This document shows, in pieces, positions 22,296 to 33,027 of a DNA stretch of 64,000 nucleotides. The notes beneath the pieces were generated by a model that saw only the letters and a program-made list of their open reading frames with translations, was not told the origin of the DNA and made no database searches. The stretch covers positions 96,001 through 160,000 of the forward strand of contig CAVQRT010000030.1 in assembly GCA_963715195.1 (NCBI GenBank), given 5' to 3'. The DNA comes from Thermodesulfovibrionales bacterium (GTDB taxonomy: Bacteria; Nitrospirota; Thermodesulfovibrionia; Thermodesulfovibrionales; SM23-35). Numbering within the stretch: the first letter of the stretch is position 1; every line of letters begins with the position of its first letter. Both the position numbers and the translations under genes were made by a program.

Positions 22296-22964
22296 ATGCG
22301 GTTGATCCTTTTTGATATTGATGGCACGTTAATCGATTCCGGAGGAGCCGGGGTCCGGGCACTCGATCTTGCCATGAAAAATCTCTTTGCGATTGAGAAC
22401 GCCTTTCACGGCATCAGTATGGCCGGTAGGACGGATACGCAGATCATCAGGGAGGGTTTTAAAAAACATGCCCTCCCAGCAGATGGAACAATCGATGCAT
22501 TCATTCATGCGTATCTCGGATATCTGTCTCGTGAGATTCAGAACGACAGAAGACATGCAAAGCCCGGCATCTACGAGATTCTCACAGAACTGCAAGCACT
22601 GAGGAATTTGACGACAGGACTGCTCACGGGGAACCTCGAAAAGGGTGCCCGGATAAAACTTGAACCCTTCAGACTGAATGAATACTTCGCCAGCGGAGCG
22701 TTCGGTAGTGATGATGAAGACAGGAACAACCTCCTGCCGATTGCAGTGAAACGATTCGAGAAATTATCCCGGATGGAAATTGAGATCAGGGAATGCATCA
22801 TCGTGGGAGATACCCCGCGAGACGTCGAATGTGCTCATATCCATGGGGCACGATGTGTCGGCGTTGCAACCGGTCCTTACTCCTATGAAGCTCTGGTTGA
22901 GGCAGGCGCTGATCATGTGGTGGAGGATCTGACAGACCAGAGTGCGATTTTACCGTTCCTCTAA
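22296..22964 (+). CDS. HAD-family hydrolase
   Basis: FDIDGTL, LTGN and VGDTPRD motifs. Confidence 0.9.
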   Translation: MRLILFDIDGTLIDSGGAGVRALDLAMKNLFAIENAFHGISMAGRTDTQIIREGFKKHALPADGTIDAFIHAYLGYLSREIQNDRRHAKPGIYEILTELQALRNLTTGLLTGNLEKGARIKLEPFRLNEYFASGAFGSDDEDRNNLLPIAVKRFEKLSRMEIEIRECIIVGDTPRDVECAHIHGARCVGVATGPYSYEALVEAGADHVVEDLTDQSAILPFL

Positions 22965-22968
22965 TCTT

Positions 22969-25662
22969 TCACCTTCGGAGTTTTTCCACCCGCTCCTTTA
23001 CTTGATTGATAAAAAATTCATAGCTGTCCATGCCTTCCGGTTTCCTTGATATATCTAAATCCGAAGGGGAGAGTGGATTACCGAATTTGACCGTTATCTC
23101 CGCAAACTTCGGCCACACTGAACCGCGGGGAAGCGCCTTGAAAGCACCTGCAATGAACACCGGGATAACCGGGACGTTGAGTTCTTTCGATAATATGCCA
23201 ACCCCTTTTTTAAATTCCATCAGTTCACCATCAAAAGATCTTCCGCCTTCGGGAAAGATCAGAAGAGATTTTCCGTTTCGGAGCACATAGGAGGAGAGCT
23301 GTAAAGCCTTATTGAGATGGATTTCAGTGTCTATCGGAATAACGTGTGCCAGCCTCGCGAAAGAATTTCCCAAACGGCCTATAAAATATTTTTTCATGCC
23401 GAGTGAATAAAGATCAGCAAAATAGTCTGGGGGAACAGCTCCTCCGATACAGAAAGCATCAAGGTAACTTGCATGATTCGGTGTGATAATATAGGGACCT
23501 TGTTTAGGAAGATTCTGCAGCCCTTCAGTTCTGAATCTGAAAAATACCTTCAGGACTATTTTTACGAAGCTCAAGCCCAGAAAAACGATAAGCCGGTCGA
23601 GGAACCCGTGGTGAAGACCGATCTTATTCCGTTCATCGAGATCAGGATCTGTTCTGAGCAAGTCTTCCCAACCCGGCATCTTTTCGATTTCTCGGATTCC
23701 CATTGTGCCGAGTTCTTTTATCCTGGCAACAAGTTCTCCTACCGTCTGGATTTCTGAAGTAAACGTTTCCGGGAGCTTTCTAGAGAAAGCGTTTTCAAGG
23801 GCAACAACGAGTTCTATCCTTCCAAGGGAATCAAGTCCGAGATCGAGTTCGAGATTATCTGTTGCCTGTATTGGAATCTCTTCTTTCATCAACGGCCTGA
23901 CGCATTCAATAACTTTTCTTCCGACTGCATCGTCCGTGAGTTGCTTGTCTTCACTCTGCCCTTTCACCTTTTCTCTTTTTGCACTCAGGAGGTCTTTAAC
24001 CAGAAACCGCCTGAGTTTCCCGAGAGGAGTTCTCGGAAGAGGCCCGGGATGAAGGGCATATCCTTTTATTCTCATATATTGGGGAAGCCGGGCAGAAACA
24101 TTCATGATCTCCCATTTAATCATCTCCTGAAGATTGGCGATTTGGGCTTTCTTGGCATATTCAAAGTCAGGGACAATAATTGCCTGGAGAGATTCAACCA
24201 TGCCTTTTTCTTCGGACCCCATAACGCATATTTCCCTGATGAGCGGTATTTTCATATACTGTTTTTCAATCTCATCAGGATAAATATTTTTCCCCGAACT
24301 GAGAACAATCACCTCTTTCAATCTTCCGGTGATAAAGAGGTATCCCTCGTCATCCAGGTATCCGGTATCCCCGCTGTGAAACCATCCTTCCTGTATTACC
24401 TCTGCAGTTGCCTGAGGATTTTTGTAGTACCCTTTCATTACCATCGGACCCCTTATGACAATCTCTCCTTCCTCCATCACCCCCAGCTCTGTCTTCGTTT
24501 CAGGATGAATGATTTTTATCTCCGCTGTTGGTAATGGTTTGCCAACAGAATTTGGTTTTCTCTTTTCGATCGGATTAAAGGTAACGACCGGAGACGTCTC
24601 TGTCAGGCCATATCCCTCAAGAATGGTCAGGCCAAGGGCTTCAAGGTCTTTCATGACTTCGGGGTCGAGCTTTGCTCCACCGCACGCAGAAAACCTGAAC
24701 TTCTCACCAAGCGCCCTGTGGACCGATTTAAAAACAATTTTGCCCGGATTAATCGATACGCTCCGTCTCACGCTCCCGCAGAGGGATATAATGAAAAACA
24801 TCATTTTTGGCAAGGGTCTGTGCAGTTGTTTGATCCTGTTGAAAATTCCGTTCCGGATCAATTCAAGGAGCTGGGGAACGCTGACAAGAATGGTTACTTC
24901 GTTACTGCTTATGGTAGCCATAATATCAGGGCCCTTCAGGCTCGGGGGGAATGATACGGGTATGCCGAGAAATACCGGGATGAGACAGTTCCCCATGAAC
25001 GGGTAGGTGTGATGCAAAGGAAGCACGCTGATGACGCTGTCATCATGAGAGAGTATGCCGGCCGAAATCAGCGCCTCTGCATCCGAACAGAAATTTCTGT
25101 GGGTCAGCATCACCCCCTTGGGGTTCCCTGTTGTCCCGGACGTATAAATGATGGATGCAAGATCGTCCTCCGAAACCTCGGGATAGCTGGCCGCTGCCGG
25201 CGTTGTAAGTATATTTTTGAAATCATATGAATCAAGGTTGATGAATGTAACAGACAGGAGCTGGCTGTCCAGATTGCCTGCAGCTTTCCGCACCTGCTCA
25301 GAGGTTTTTTCACTATGAAAAACCGCCCTTGTGCCGGAATCAAGAAGCAGGTTTTTCGTTTCATCCGGCCCAAGCTGTTCATCGATGGGGATCGCGATAC
25401 ATCCTGACAGGGAAATCGCGAAATAAGACATGCACCACTCGGGCCTGTTCTCGGAAACAATCGCTATCCTGTCACCTTTTTGTATACCAAGTTTTATAAG
25501 ATACGACGCAAGGCTTTTCGTTTTCGCGAGCAATTCTTTATAGGTAATGGTCTCCCATGTCCGGTCAAAATAACTGAAAGCGATTTTGTTCTGATATGCG
25601 GCGGCTTTTTCAAGAAATACATGGGGGATGACTTGCGCCATAGCGTCAATAGTCCCCTCCAT
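22969..25662 (-). CDS. Acyl-CoA/ACP synthetase + ACP + PlsC acyltransferase multidomain protein
   Basis: YTSGTTGNPKG, GYGLTE, DLGLDSL (phosphopantetheine Ser), NHASYLD and FPEGGR motifs. Confidence 0.9.
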   Translation of the reverse strand: MEGTIDAMAQVIPHVFLEKAAAYQNKIAFSYFDRTWETITYKELLAKTKSLASYLIKLGIQKGDRIAIVSENRPEWCMSYFAISLSGCIAIPIDEQLGPDETKNLLLDSGTRAVFHSEKTSEQVRKAAGNLDSQLLSVTFINLDSYDFKNILTTPAAASYPEVSEDDLASIIYTSGTTGNPKGVMLTHRNFCSDAEALISAGILSHDDSVISVLPLHHTYPFMGNCLIPVFLGIPVSFPPSLKGPDIMATISSNEVTILVSVPQLLELIRNGIFNRIKQLHRPLPKMMFFIISLCGSVRRSVSINPGKIVFKSVHRALGEKFRFSACGGAKLDPEVMKDLEALGLTILEGYGLTETSPVVTFNPIEKRKPNSVGKPLPTAEIKIIHPETKTELGVMEEGEIVIRGPMVMKGYYKNPQATAEVIQEGWFHSGDTGYLDDEGYLFITGRLKEVIVLSSGKNIYPDEIEKQYMKIPLIREICVMGSEEKGMVESLQAIIVPDFEYAKKAQIANLQEMIKWEIMNVSARLPQYMRIKGYALHPGPLPRTPLGKLRRFLVKDLLSAKREKVKGQSEDKQLTDDAVGRKVIECVRPLMKEEIPIQATDNLELDLGLDSLGRIELVVALENAFSRKLPETFTSEIQTVGELVARIKELGTMGIREIEKMPGWEDLLRTDPDLDERNKIGLHHGFLDRLIVFLGLSFVKIVLKVFFRFRTEGLQNLPKQGPYIITPNHASYLDAFCIGGAVPPDYFADLYSLGMKKYFIGRLGNSFARLAHVIPIDTEIHLNKALQLSSYVLRNGKSLLIFPEGGRSFDGELMEFKKGVGILSKELNVPVIPVFIAGAFKALPRGSVWPKFAEITVKFGNPLSPSDLDISRKPEGMDSYEFFINQVKERVEKLRR

Positions 25663-25664
25663 CC

Positions 25665-26255
25665 TCAGTAATCAATCCCCTTTTGTGGCTCTATGCCCTG
25701 CCGGAAGGCGTGCTTTATCTCTTTCATTTCGGTAACCGTATGAGCTCTCTTTATAATTTCGGGATGTGCATCTCTTCCCGTCAGGACCATATGCATGAGC
25801 GGTGGTTTTTCATCAATCAGGGCCAATACCTGAGGCAGATCAACAAGATTCAACTTCAGGGCATTATGAATTTCGTCGAGGATAATAATGTCATATTGCC
25901 CGGAGGATATCTTTTCCTTTGCGAGTTTCAGAGCTTCCTGGGCTTTTGCCCTGTGTTCTTCCTGAGAATGTGGATCTCCCATAATCCCGCAAAAACCTTT
26001 CCCCGTTAGGTGCAGTTCCGCATGCGACGAAAGCCTCTTGATGCCATCGATCTCCCCCGAATATATGTTGCCCTTCATAAAACCAATGATGCAGACTTTC
26101 ATATCATAGCCGGCAGCCCTCAGTGCGATTCCTAATGCTGATGTAGTTTTGCCTTTTCCGTGTCCGGTCAAGACAACAACGAGACCGACTCTTTCCGGAG
26201 GCTCCAGGATCTTCAGGTTAGAATTTGTCATACAGAATACATTCGATTTTTGCAT
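25665..26255 (-). CDS. Cob(I)yrinic acid diamide adenosyltransferase (CobO/BtuR)
   Basis: TGHGKGKTTSALG, LDE, LTGR and KHAF...GIDY motifs. Confidence 0.9.
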   Translation of the reverse strand: MQKSNVFCMTNSNLKILEPPERVGLVVVLTGHGKGKTTSALGIALRAAGYDMKVCIIGFMKGNIYSGEIDGIKRLSSHAELHLTGKGFCGIMGDPHSQEEHRAKAQEALKLAKEKISSGQYDIIILDEIHNALKLNLVDLPQVLALIDEKPPLMHMVLTGRDAHPEIIKRAHTVTEMKEIKHAFRQGIEPQKGIDY

Positions 26256-26351
26256 TTATCGGCGCTTTTCTATAATATGAAGGAAGAATATTCAATACCG
26301 TTTCACAGTCCTGTCTTTCTTCAATTCTTATTGTAACGGATATTATCACAA

Positions 26352-26600
26352 ATGGACATAAAGCATATACGGGAGATCACGAAGAAGTACACCCCGGAGC
26401 AGATAGAAGGCTGTATTTCTGATCAGATAGAGCAAGGGAAAAACGTTTGTTTGACGGATGAGACAAGCGAAAAGATAATCAACGAGCTCTCTAAAGCAGA
26501 GGTGGTAAGAGAACTGATTGATCAGGGGATGGAACTTGCTGATGCCTTGAGAGAACTGGCAAGACGAATGAGACTCGTGCAATCAGGATTCAAACCATAG
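26352..26600 (+). CDS. Hypothetical protein (82 aa)
   Basis: Coding-like ORF directly upstream of the PfpI gene. Confidence 0.65.
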   Translation: MDIKHIREITKKYTPEQIEGCISDQIEQGKNVCLTDETSEKIINELSKAEVVRELIDQGMELADALRELARRMRLVQSGFKP

Positions 26601-26616
26601 AAGGGAGGCACATAGC

Positions 26617-27123
26617 ATGAAAGCATTGATTATCAGCGCAGACAATTTTGAAGACACAGAACTTCTGGTACCATATTACAGGCTGAAAGAGGAAGGCATC
26701 GAGGTGGATATCGCATCAGTAAAAACAGGACCGATCAAAGGGAAACACGGGTATGAGGTTCAGGCAAATAAGGCCCTCAGAGATGTGGATCCTGATGATT
26801 ATGGCATCCTCATTCTTCCGGGAGGGAAGGCTCCCGGGACAGTCAGAAAAGATAACAATGCCATCGCAATAGCAAAACAGTTCTTTCAGAAAAACAAACC
26901 GGTCTCTGCAATTTGTCATGGACCCCAAATATTAATTACAGCTGGCCTTCTGAATGGCAGGCGTGCAACGTCCTATAAATCTGTTGCCCAGGAGATGAAG
27001 GATGCCGGTGTGCTGTATAAAGATAATGAAGTGGTCGTTGATGGTAATCTAATTACCTCCCGACAACCCTCTGATCTGCCGGCTTTTATGAGGGAGATTA
27101 TGGAAATGATAAGAAAAAAGTAA
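26617..27123 (+). CDS. PfpI/DJ-1 family protein
   Basis: FEDTE, LPGG, AICHGP and VVDGNLITSR motifs. Confidence 0.92.
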   Translation: MKALIISADNFEDTELLVPYYRLKEEGIEVDIASVKTGPIKGKHGYEVQANKALRDVDPDDYGILILPGGKAPGTVRKDNNAIAIAKQFFQKNKPVSAICHGPQILITAGLLNGRRATSYKSVAQEMKDAGVLYKDNEVVVDGNLITSRQPSDLPAFMREIMEMIRKK

Positions 27124-27164
27124 GACGCAATTCGTTGCAGTCTGAAGTTGAATGAGAAAATTCT

Positions 27165-29135
27165 GTGAACCGCTTGTCGAAAGAAAAATCGCCGTATCTA
27201 AAACATGCCTCTCATCAAAAGATCGACTGGTATCCCTGGTCCGATGAGGCATTTGAAAGAGCAAGGGGACAAGATAAGCCCATCTTTCTCAGTTCCGGTG
27301 CCATCTGGTGCCATTGGTGCCACGTCATGGCAAAAGAATGCTTTGAAGATAATGAGATCGCAGAACTCCTCAACCTGCATTTCATAAGCATCAAACTTGA
27401 CCGGGATGAAAGACCGGATATCGACAGGAGATATCAGTACGCTGTTTCTGCGATGGGATTCGGTGGAGGCTGGCCCCTCAGTGTATTTCTGACGGCGGAG
27501 AAAAAGCCTTTTTTCGGTGGGACCTATTTCCCCCCTAATGATAACCTTGGAAGGCCGGGATTTAAGAAGGTTTTAAAGTCAGTAGCTGAATTTTATTCTT
27601 CAAAAAGAGACCATGCAGTCGAATACAGCCGGACACTGTCAGATGCCCTCAAACAAAAGCCCATCACAAAAGGTGAAATACAAGAGGCATCAATACACGA
27701 TGCCGTCATCAAAATACTCTCCCAATTCGATACGACTCATGGCGGGTTTGGATCTGCCCCGAAATTTCCTATGCCCGGAGCTGTTCAACTTCTGCTGAAC
27801 AGATATTACCTTCAACGGATGCATTCCTTCGGGGTTGCGGTCAGTAAGACCCTTGAATCAATGGCAAAAGGTGGATTCCATGACCAGATCGGGGGCGGAT
27901 TCCATCGGTACTCGGTTGACGAAGCCTGGATTGTGCCGCACTTTGAAAAGATGGCCGACGACAATGCCTGGCTGCTCAGAAACTATCTCGATGCCTACAG
28001 CGTATTCGCCAACGGATATTTCAAAGAGGTTGCCCGGGGCATTATTCGTTTTTTAACTGACACCCTATCAGACCCGAAAGGTGGTTTTTTTGCAAGTCAG
28101 GACGCTGATGTCACTCCCGAGGATGAAGGCGGATATTTTACCTGGACAGAAAGCGATTTCAGGAATGTACTGACCGAGGAAGAATACCAAGTTTTGACTC
28201 TGCGTTTCCTGCATGAACGCGGTTCCATGCATCACGACACATCAAAAAAAGTCCTCTTCATTACAATGGAAGAAGGAGAAATTGCCAGGAAACTTGGAAT
28301 CGAACAAAAAGTTGTCGTGGACAGAATATATTCCGGGAAAAAGAAACTTCTCGATGAGAGAAAGAAACGGGCATCGCCTCTCGTCGATAGGACCTTGTAT
28401 ACCTCCTTGAACGGATTACTGATTACCTCGTTTCTCAAGGCTTTCACGGTACTCAATGAAACGTATCTGAAAGAATTTGCTTTAAAAAGCCTCCGGAGAA
28501 TACTGAAAAAACATTACATAAATAATGAACTTTTCCATACAGAACAGGTGAACGCAGTGCTGGATGATTATATTTTTCTGATAGAAGCATTGATTACTGC
28601 GTATGAAGTCACCGGTAATGCTTATTACATGAATCATGCATGCACGCTCATGGCCCTGTGTATAGAGAAATTCTGGGACAAGGATGACGGAGGTTTCTTT
28701 GATACAGATGCTGAGGTGCTCGGCATCAGACTGAAAGGGATTGAAGATATCCCGCATCCTTCTGCGAACGCAGTCGGCATTATCCTCCTGTTGAAACTGT
28801 ATTTCATGACCTCGGAAAAGAACTATAACCATTTTGCGGAAATGGCACTGAAAGTTTTCTCTGTTCAGACGAAGGAGATGGGTATGCACGCAGGATACTA
28901 TTTCTGCGCTCTGGATGCGTACTTTCATATGCTCAAACTAACCTTCCAGGCTGTACCAACCCACCCGCTTGCCGAAACAGCACGCTCCCTGTTTTATCCG
29001 TATGTCAGCTATATTTTTGAGGCAGATAATGGTTGTATTATTCCCTGCTTCAGGGATGTATGTTATGAACCTGTCAGGAGTCCCGAGGGCATGCGGGATT
29101 TTTTCAGAAAACAACTGAAAATCGAGCCGGGATAG
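27165..29135 (+). CDS. YyaL/DUF255 thioredoxin-domain protein
   Basis: NRLSKEKSPYL, WCHWCHVM, GGWPL and PHFEKM motifs. Confidence 0.92.
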   Translation: MNRLSKEKSPYLKHASHQKIDWYPWSDEAFERARGQDKPIFLSSGAIWCHWCHVMAKECFEDNEIAELLNLHFISIKLDRDERPDIDRRYQYAVSAMGFGGGWPLSVFLTAEKKPFFGGTYFPPNDNLGRPGFKKVLKSVAEFYSSKRDHAVEYSRTLSDALKQKPITKGEIQEASIHDAVIKILSQFDTTHGGFGSAPKFPMPGAVQLLLNRYYLQRMHSFGVAVSKTLESMAKGGFHDQIGGGFHRYSVDEAWIVPHFEKMADDNAWLLRNYLDAYSVFANGYFKEVARGIIRFLTDTLSDPKGGFFASQDADVTPEDEGGYFTWTESDFRNVLTEEEYQVLTLRFLHERGSMHHDTSKKVLFITMEEGEIARKLGIEQKVVVDRIYSGKKKLLDERKKRASPLVDRTLYTSLNGLLITSFLKAFTVLNETYLKEFALKSLRRILKKHYINNELFHTEQVNAVLDDYIFLIEALITAYEVTGNAYYMNHACTLMALCIEKFWDKDDGGFFDTDAEVLGIRLKGIEDIPHPSANAVGIILLLKLYFMTSEKNYNHFAEMALKVFSVQTKEMGMHAGYYFCALDAYFHMLKLTFQAVPTHPLAETARSLFYPYVSYIFEADNGCIIPCFRDVCYEPVRSPEGMRDFFRKQLKIEPG

Positions 29136-29149
29136 TTCGGATAATTCGG

Positions 29150-29330
29150 TAGCCGTCGCTTCCTGTGAAGCCCTCATCGATACATCAGTAAAGGTTGCCC
29201 CAGCCGCACCTCAGAGTGCAGCGCCGATAACTCCGCACCCGCGCCTGCACCCTGTTCATGGTATTGCGCACAGCCAAAGGGCAGGGAAAGCCATGAAAGA
29301 ATCAAAAAGAATGCAATGCCTTTTTCAAAA
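29150..29330 (-). pseudogene. Decayed glycine-zipper lipoprotein remnant
   Basis: Lipobox-like FGC-AQYHEQGAGAG, then across frameshifts VIGAAL*GAAG / TFTDVSMRASQEATA. Confidence 0.45.
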
Positions 29331-29492
29331 ATAACTCCTTTCTGTGATTTTCCAACAATCACCGGCTGAATGAACTCGTGAAACTCCTCAGTGTCACTCA
29401 TAAACACCCGCTCTATTAGCCCAACAACCCCATATATCCCTATCAATACAGGGCTCTGAATGATGAATAAATATGTTAACATTAAGTGCCTT

Positions 29493-29816
29493 ATGGATAT
29501 ACCGTTCAGAAAGACGAAGAAAGGGATATCTTTTCGGGTAAAAGTTGAGCCCAGGTCTTCAAGGCAGGGGATCTCGGGATTAATCGGTGATGCCCTGAAA
29601 GTAAAAGTGCATGCACCGCCGGTTGGTGGAGCGGCAAATGATGAGCTCATTGAGATTCTTGCGGCAGAGTTCCAGGTGAAAAAACCTTCCATAAAAATCG
29701 CCAGAGGCCATTCGTCAAGAGATAAGATCATCGAGATTGAAGGGATAGGTTCAATTCCCCGGCTGTACCTTAAAGATGGGGAAAGGCATGGTGAAAGGAG
29801 AAGCATACATGCTTGA
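29493..29816 (+). CDS. DUF167 (YggU) family protein
   Basis: [17 protein letters not shown] and GHSSRDK motifs. Confidence 0.88.
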   Translation: MDIPFRKTKKGISFRVKVEPRSSRQGISGLIGDALKVKVHAPPVGGAANDELIEILAAEFQVKKPSIKIARGHSSRDKIIEIEGIGSIPRLYLKDGERHGERRSIHA

Positions 29817-31074
29817 TGCAAAATTTGTGAGGGAGAATATCGAGATCGTATCAGAATCTCTGAGGAAGAGAAATTACGAACTCCGCCTTGACGAGTTTCT
29901 GCAATTTGAAGAACAGAGACGCTCTATCCTGAAAGAAGCCGAAGAGCTGAGAAACCGGAGAAACGTTGTTTCTGAAGAGATCGGGAGATTGAGGACTCAG
30001 AAACAGGATGCATCACAACTGATCAATGAAATGAAACTGGTTTCAGACAAGATCAAAGCATTTGATGATCAATTGAAAACATTAGAAGAGAATACCAATG
30101 AATTTTTACTCAATGTTCCCAATGTCCCGCATCATTCAGTTCCTTTTGGAAAGGACGAGGCGGAAAATGTTGAGGTAAGGAAATGGGGTGAACCGCGACA
30201 GTTCGATTTCGACCCGCTGAATCACTGGGATATCGGCACCATTCTGGATATTCTCGACTTTGAAAGGGCATCAAAGATCGCGGGAGCAAGGTTTTGCCTC
30301 ACCAAGGGTCCCGGTGCGAAGCTCGAACGGGCACTGATGAATTATATGCTTGATCTGAACACATCCAAAGGATACCGGGAGGTATTTCCCCCGATCATTG
30401 TGAACAAAGAAAGCATGAGGGGTACAGGGCAGTTGCCGAAATTTGAGATGGAGCTTTTCAAGATCTCTGACCCGGAGTTCTACCTCATACCGACTGCAGA
30501 GGTGCCGGTGACAAACATCCATCGGAATGAGATTCTGAATGAAAAAGATCTCCCGATTTACTATACCGCTTATACCCCCTGTTTCAGACGCGAAGCGGGA
30601 TCCTACGGAAAGGATGTGAGGGGCCTGATCAGACAGCATCAGTTCAACAAGGTAGAGCTCGTCAAATTCGTCAGACCTGAAGATTCATATGATGAGTTGG
30701 AATCTCTGACCCATGCTGCCGAGGATATCCTGCAGAAATTGGAACTCCCTTACAGAGTTATCGTCCTCTGCACCGGTGATATGGGATTTGCAGCCGCAAA
30801 AACCTATGACCTTGAAGTATGGCTTCCCGGCCAGCAGAGATACCGGGAAATTTCTTCTTGTTCGAATTTTACCGATTTCCAGGCACGGAGAGCGAATATC
30901 CGCTTTAAGCGGGAAGGGAAAAAGGGAACGGAGTTTGTTCACACATTGAATGGCTCCGGCCTTGCCATAGGACGCACCGTAGTTGCCATCCTCGAGAACT
31001 ACCAGCAGAAAGATGGCAGTGTGGTTGTCCCGGAGGTTCTGAGAACCTATATGGGAGCCGACGTAATAAAATAA
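29809..31074 (+). CDS. serS: Serine--tRNA ligase
   Basis: [25 protein letters not shown] and HTLNGSGLA motifs. Confidence 0.98.
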   Translation: MLDAKFVRENIEIVSESLRKRNYELRLDEFLQFEEQRRSILKEAEELRNRRNVVSEEIGRLRTQKQDASQLINEMKLVSDKIKAFDDQLKTLEENTNEFLLNVPNVPHHSVPFGKDEAENVEVRKWGEPRQFDFDPLNHWDIGTILDILDFERASKIAGARFCLTKGPGAKLERALMNYMLDLNTSKGYREVFPPIIVNKESMRGTGQLPKFEMELFKISDPEFYLIPTAEVPVTNIHRNEILNEKDLPIYYTAYTPCFRREAGSYGKDVRGLIRQHQFNKVELVKFVRPEDSYDELESLTHAAEDILQKLELPYRVIVLCTGDMGFAAAKTYDLEVWLPGQQRYREISSCSNFTDFQARRANIRFKREGKKGTEFVHTLNGSGLAIGRTVVAILENYQQKDGSVVVPEVLRTYMGADVIK

Positions 31075-31116
31075 ATTCTTTATATTTCAGATATCCTTGA
31101 ACCCTTTTCTAACAGA

Positions 31117-32154
31117 ATGACAATTCGCGAACAGACGGAAGAGATCGAAAGACAAGTCCTTTATCCAAAGGCATGTCTGAGTTCACAGAGCAGAGGAAGG
31201 TCGAAGCCCGAGAAAGAAGGGGAGGTCCGGACGTGCTTCCAGCGCGACAGGGACAGGATTATTCATTCAAAAGCATTCAGGCGGCTCAAGCATAAAACAC
31301 AGGTTTTCCTCGCACCGCAAGGCGACCACTACAGGACACGCCTGACCCATGTCCTTGAGGTATCGCAGATCGCCCGCACCATAGCAAAGGCCTTGCGCCT
31401 GAATGAGGATCTGACAGAGGCAATCGCACTCGGACATGACCTCGGCCATACCCCATTCGGGCACGCAGGGGAAGACATATTGCGGGAGATACACCCGGGT
31501 GGATTTGACCACTACAAACAGAGTCTCAGAGTTGTCGATTTTCTTGAAAAAGATGGTGAAGGCCTGAATCTTACCTACGAGGTACGGAACGGTATCCTGA
31601 AGCATTCAAAAGGCAAAGGCCTGATAATCCCTCAGGCAAAATCCGACAGGGCAGATACCCTTGAGGGACAGGTGGTTCGCGTTTCAGATATCATCGCGTA
31701 TGTGAATCACGACCTTGACGATGCTCTGAGAGCAGGTGTCATCAGGAAGTCAGATATCCCGAAAAACATTATCAAGACGCTCGGCAATACCCATGCGAAA
31801 AGAATAGACACGATGGTAAAAGACGTGATTTATCAGTCTGCTCTTGTTAATCTTGAGGGGATCCTGATGAGCAACGCCATTTTGGCATCCACTTCAAGAC
31901 TGAGGGATTTTCTGTATGAACGGGTATACGAGAGTGACCGGATAATCAGAGAGTTTCGAAAAGCCCGGAAGATTCTTCGTGATTTATATGCCTATTACCT
32001 AGAACATATGGAAGAAGTTTTTGTACATATTCCGAAGCAAGAAAAACTAAATAAGCACCGCATGGTATGTGATTTCATCGCCGGTATGACGGACAGATTT
32101 GCGCTCATGACCTACGAAAGGCTTTTCCTCCCTCAGCAGTGGACAGTTTTATAA
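31117..32154 (+). CDS. dGTP triphosphohydrolase-like HD protein
   Basis: [23 protein letters not shown] and [14 protein letters not shown] motifs. Confidence 0.92.
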   Translation: MTIREQTEEIERQVLYPKACLSSQSRGRSKPEKEGEVRTCFQRDRDRIIHSKAFRRLKHKTQVFLAPQGDHYRTRLTHVLEVSQIARTIAKALRLNEDLTEAIALGHDLGHTPFGHAGEDILREIHPGGFDHYKQSLRVVDFLEKDGEGLNLTYEVRNGILKHSKGKGLIIPQAKSDRADTLEGQVVRVSDIIAYVNHDLDDALRAGVIRKSDIPKNIIKTLGNTHAKRIDTMVKDVIYQSALVNLEGILMSNAILASTSRLRDFLYERVYESDRIIREFRKARKILRDLYAYYLEHMEEVFVHIPKQEKLNKHRMVCDFIAGMTDRFALMTYERLFLPQQWTVL

Positions 32155-32224
32155 AGAAACGTTCCTTAACTGCCTCACCTTATCATATGCTTAAATGATG
32201 AAAGATATATTATAATAGGGCCGT

Positions 32225-32830
32225 ATGACGTTCGGCGAGGAACTCAGAAAAATCATGAAGGCCCAGGGGATAAAGGCCATAACTCTCGCCAGGAGAATGG
32301 GGGTTAGCTGTGCATATGTGAGTCAGTTACTCACCGGCATCAGAAAGCCCGGCAGAGAAACATTGTTAAAACTCTCAAAGGCACTTGAAATACCGCCGGA
32401 ACATCTTCTGATAATCGAGTCGGATCTTCCCACCGCAACGAAATTCCCGAGAAAAATACCCATTCTCAATGAGATAAAAATACGGGAATGGCCTGACTTG
32501 GATGATTTAGCCTATCCTGCCCACGTTTCAAATGATTTCGAGTATGCAACAACAGATGATCCCCATGCTTTTTATATAACGCCGAAAGGTCTTCTGTCAT
32601 GCTGCGGGTTGGAGTTGTGCGACCTTTTTCTGGTCGAACCAGGGAAAAATATTATGCATGGTGATACAGTCCTGCTTCATTCTGCTCAGGGTTTTTCGAT
32701 CAGAAAGCATATCATCAGAGATAATATGACCATCCTCGTAGGTGACAAAGAGGATCCCATCATTTTTACCGAAAAAAATAAAGAACAATTGAAATCGTAC
32801 AAAGTCAGCCAGTGTATTAAGAAGCTGTAA
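32225..32830 (+). CDS. XRE-family HTH regulator with degenerate S24-like C-domain
   Basis: LARRMGVSCAYVSQLLTGIRKPG HTH; C-terminal S24-like fold pattern. Confidence 0.75.
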   Translation: MTFGEELRKIMKAQGIKAITLARRMGVSCAYVSQLLTGIRKPGRETLLKLSKALEIPPEHLLIIESDLPTATKFPRKIPILNEIKIREWPDLDDLAYPAHVSNDFEYATTDDPHAFYITPKGLLSCCGLELCDLFLVEPGKNIMHGDTVLLHSAQGFSIRKHIIRDNMTILVGDKEDPIIFTEKNKEQLKSYKVSQCIKKL

Positions 32831-32892
32831 TTATTCCCCCTATCCTTCAGTTTCCTCTTGACTTTTATTTTAGCATTTGCTAATTTATATAC

Positions 32893-32962
32893 CGAAATAT
32901 TTCCTGTGCTCCCCCCTTTGATAGTGGCAGGGGAATAGCTCCTGTCACTATCTCTTTTATTT
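32893..32962 (+). ncRNA. Candidate small RNA (promoter, C-rich tract and terminator)
   Basis: TTGACT(32858)-17 bp-TAATTT(32881); CTCCCCCC tract; 14-bp stem 32920-32952 followed by TCTTTTATTTT. Confidence 0.45.
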
Positions 32963-33027
32963 TGTGTCAAAAAGCTGTTTATGTCAGCATCATGTGCCTT
33001 ACATGTTCATTCATATATAATGGAAAT

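Noticed and set aside
23950..23990. Possible heptamer tract in the linker of the acyl-ligase gene
   Set aside because: Periodicity too degenerate to support by eye
29174..29821. 215-aa minus-strand ORF
   Set aside because: Mostly antisense to DUF167; only its end overlaps a pseudogene remnant
32900..32960. Cobalamin riboswitch (CCCCTGCCACT on the minus strand)
   Set aside because: Region too short, other conserved elements absent; explained by a terminator stem
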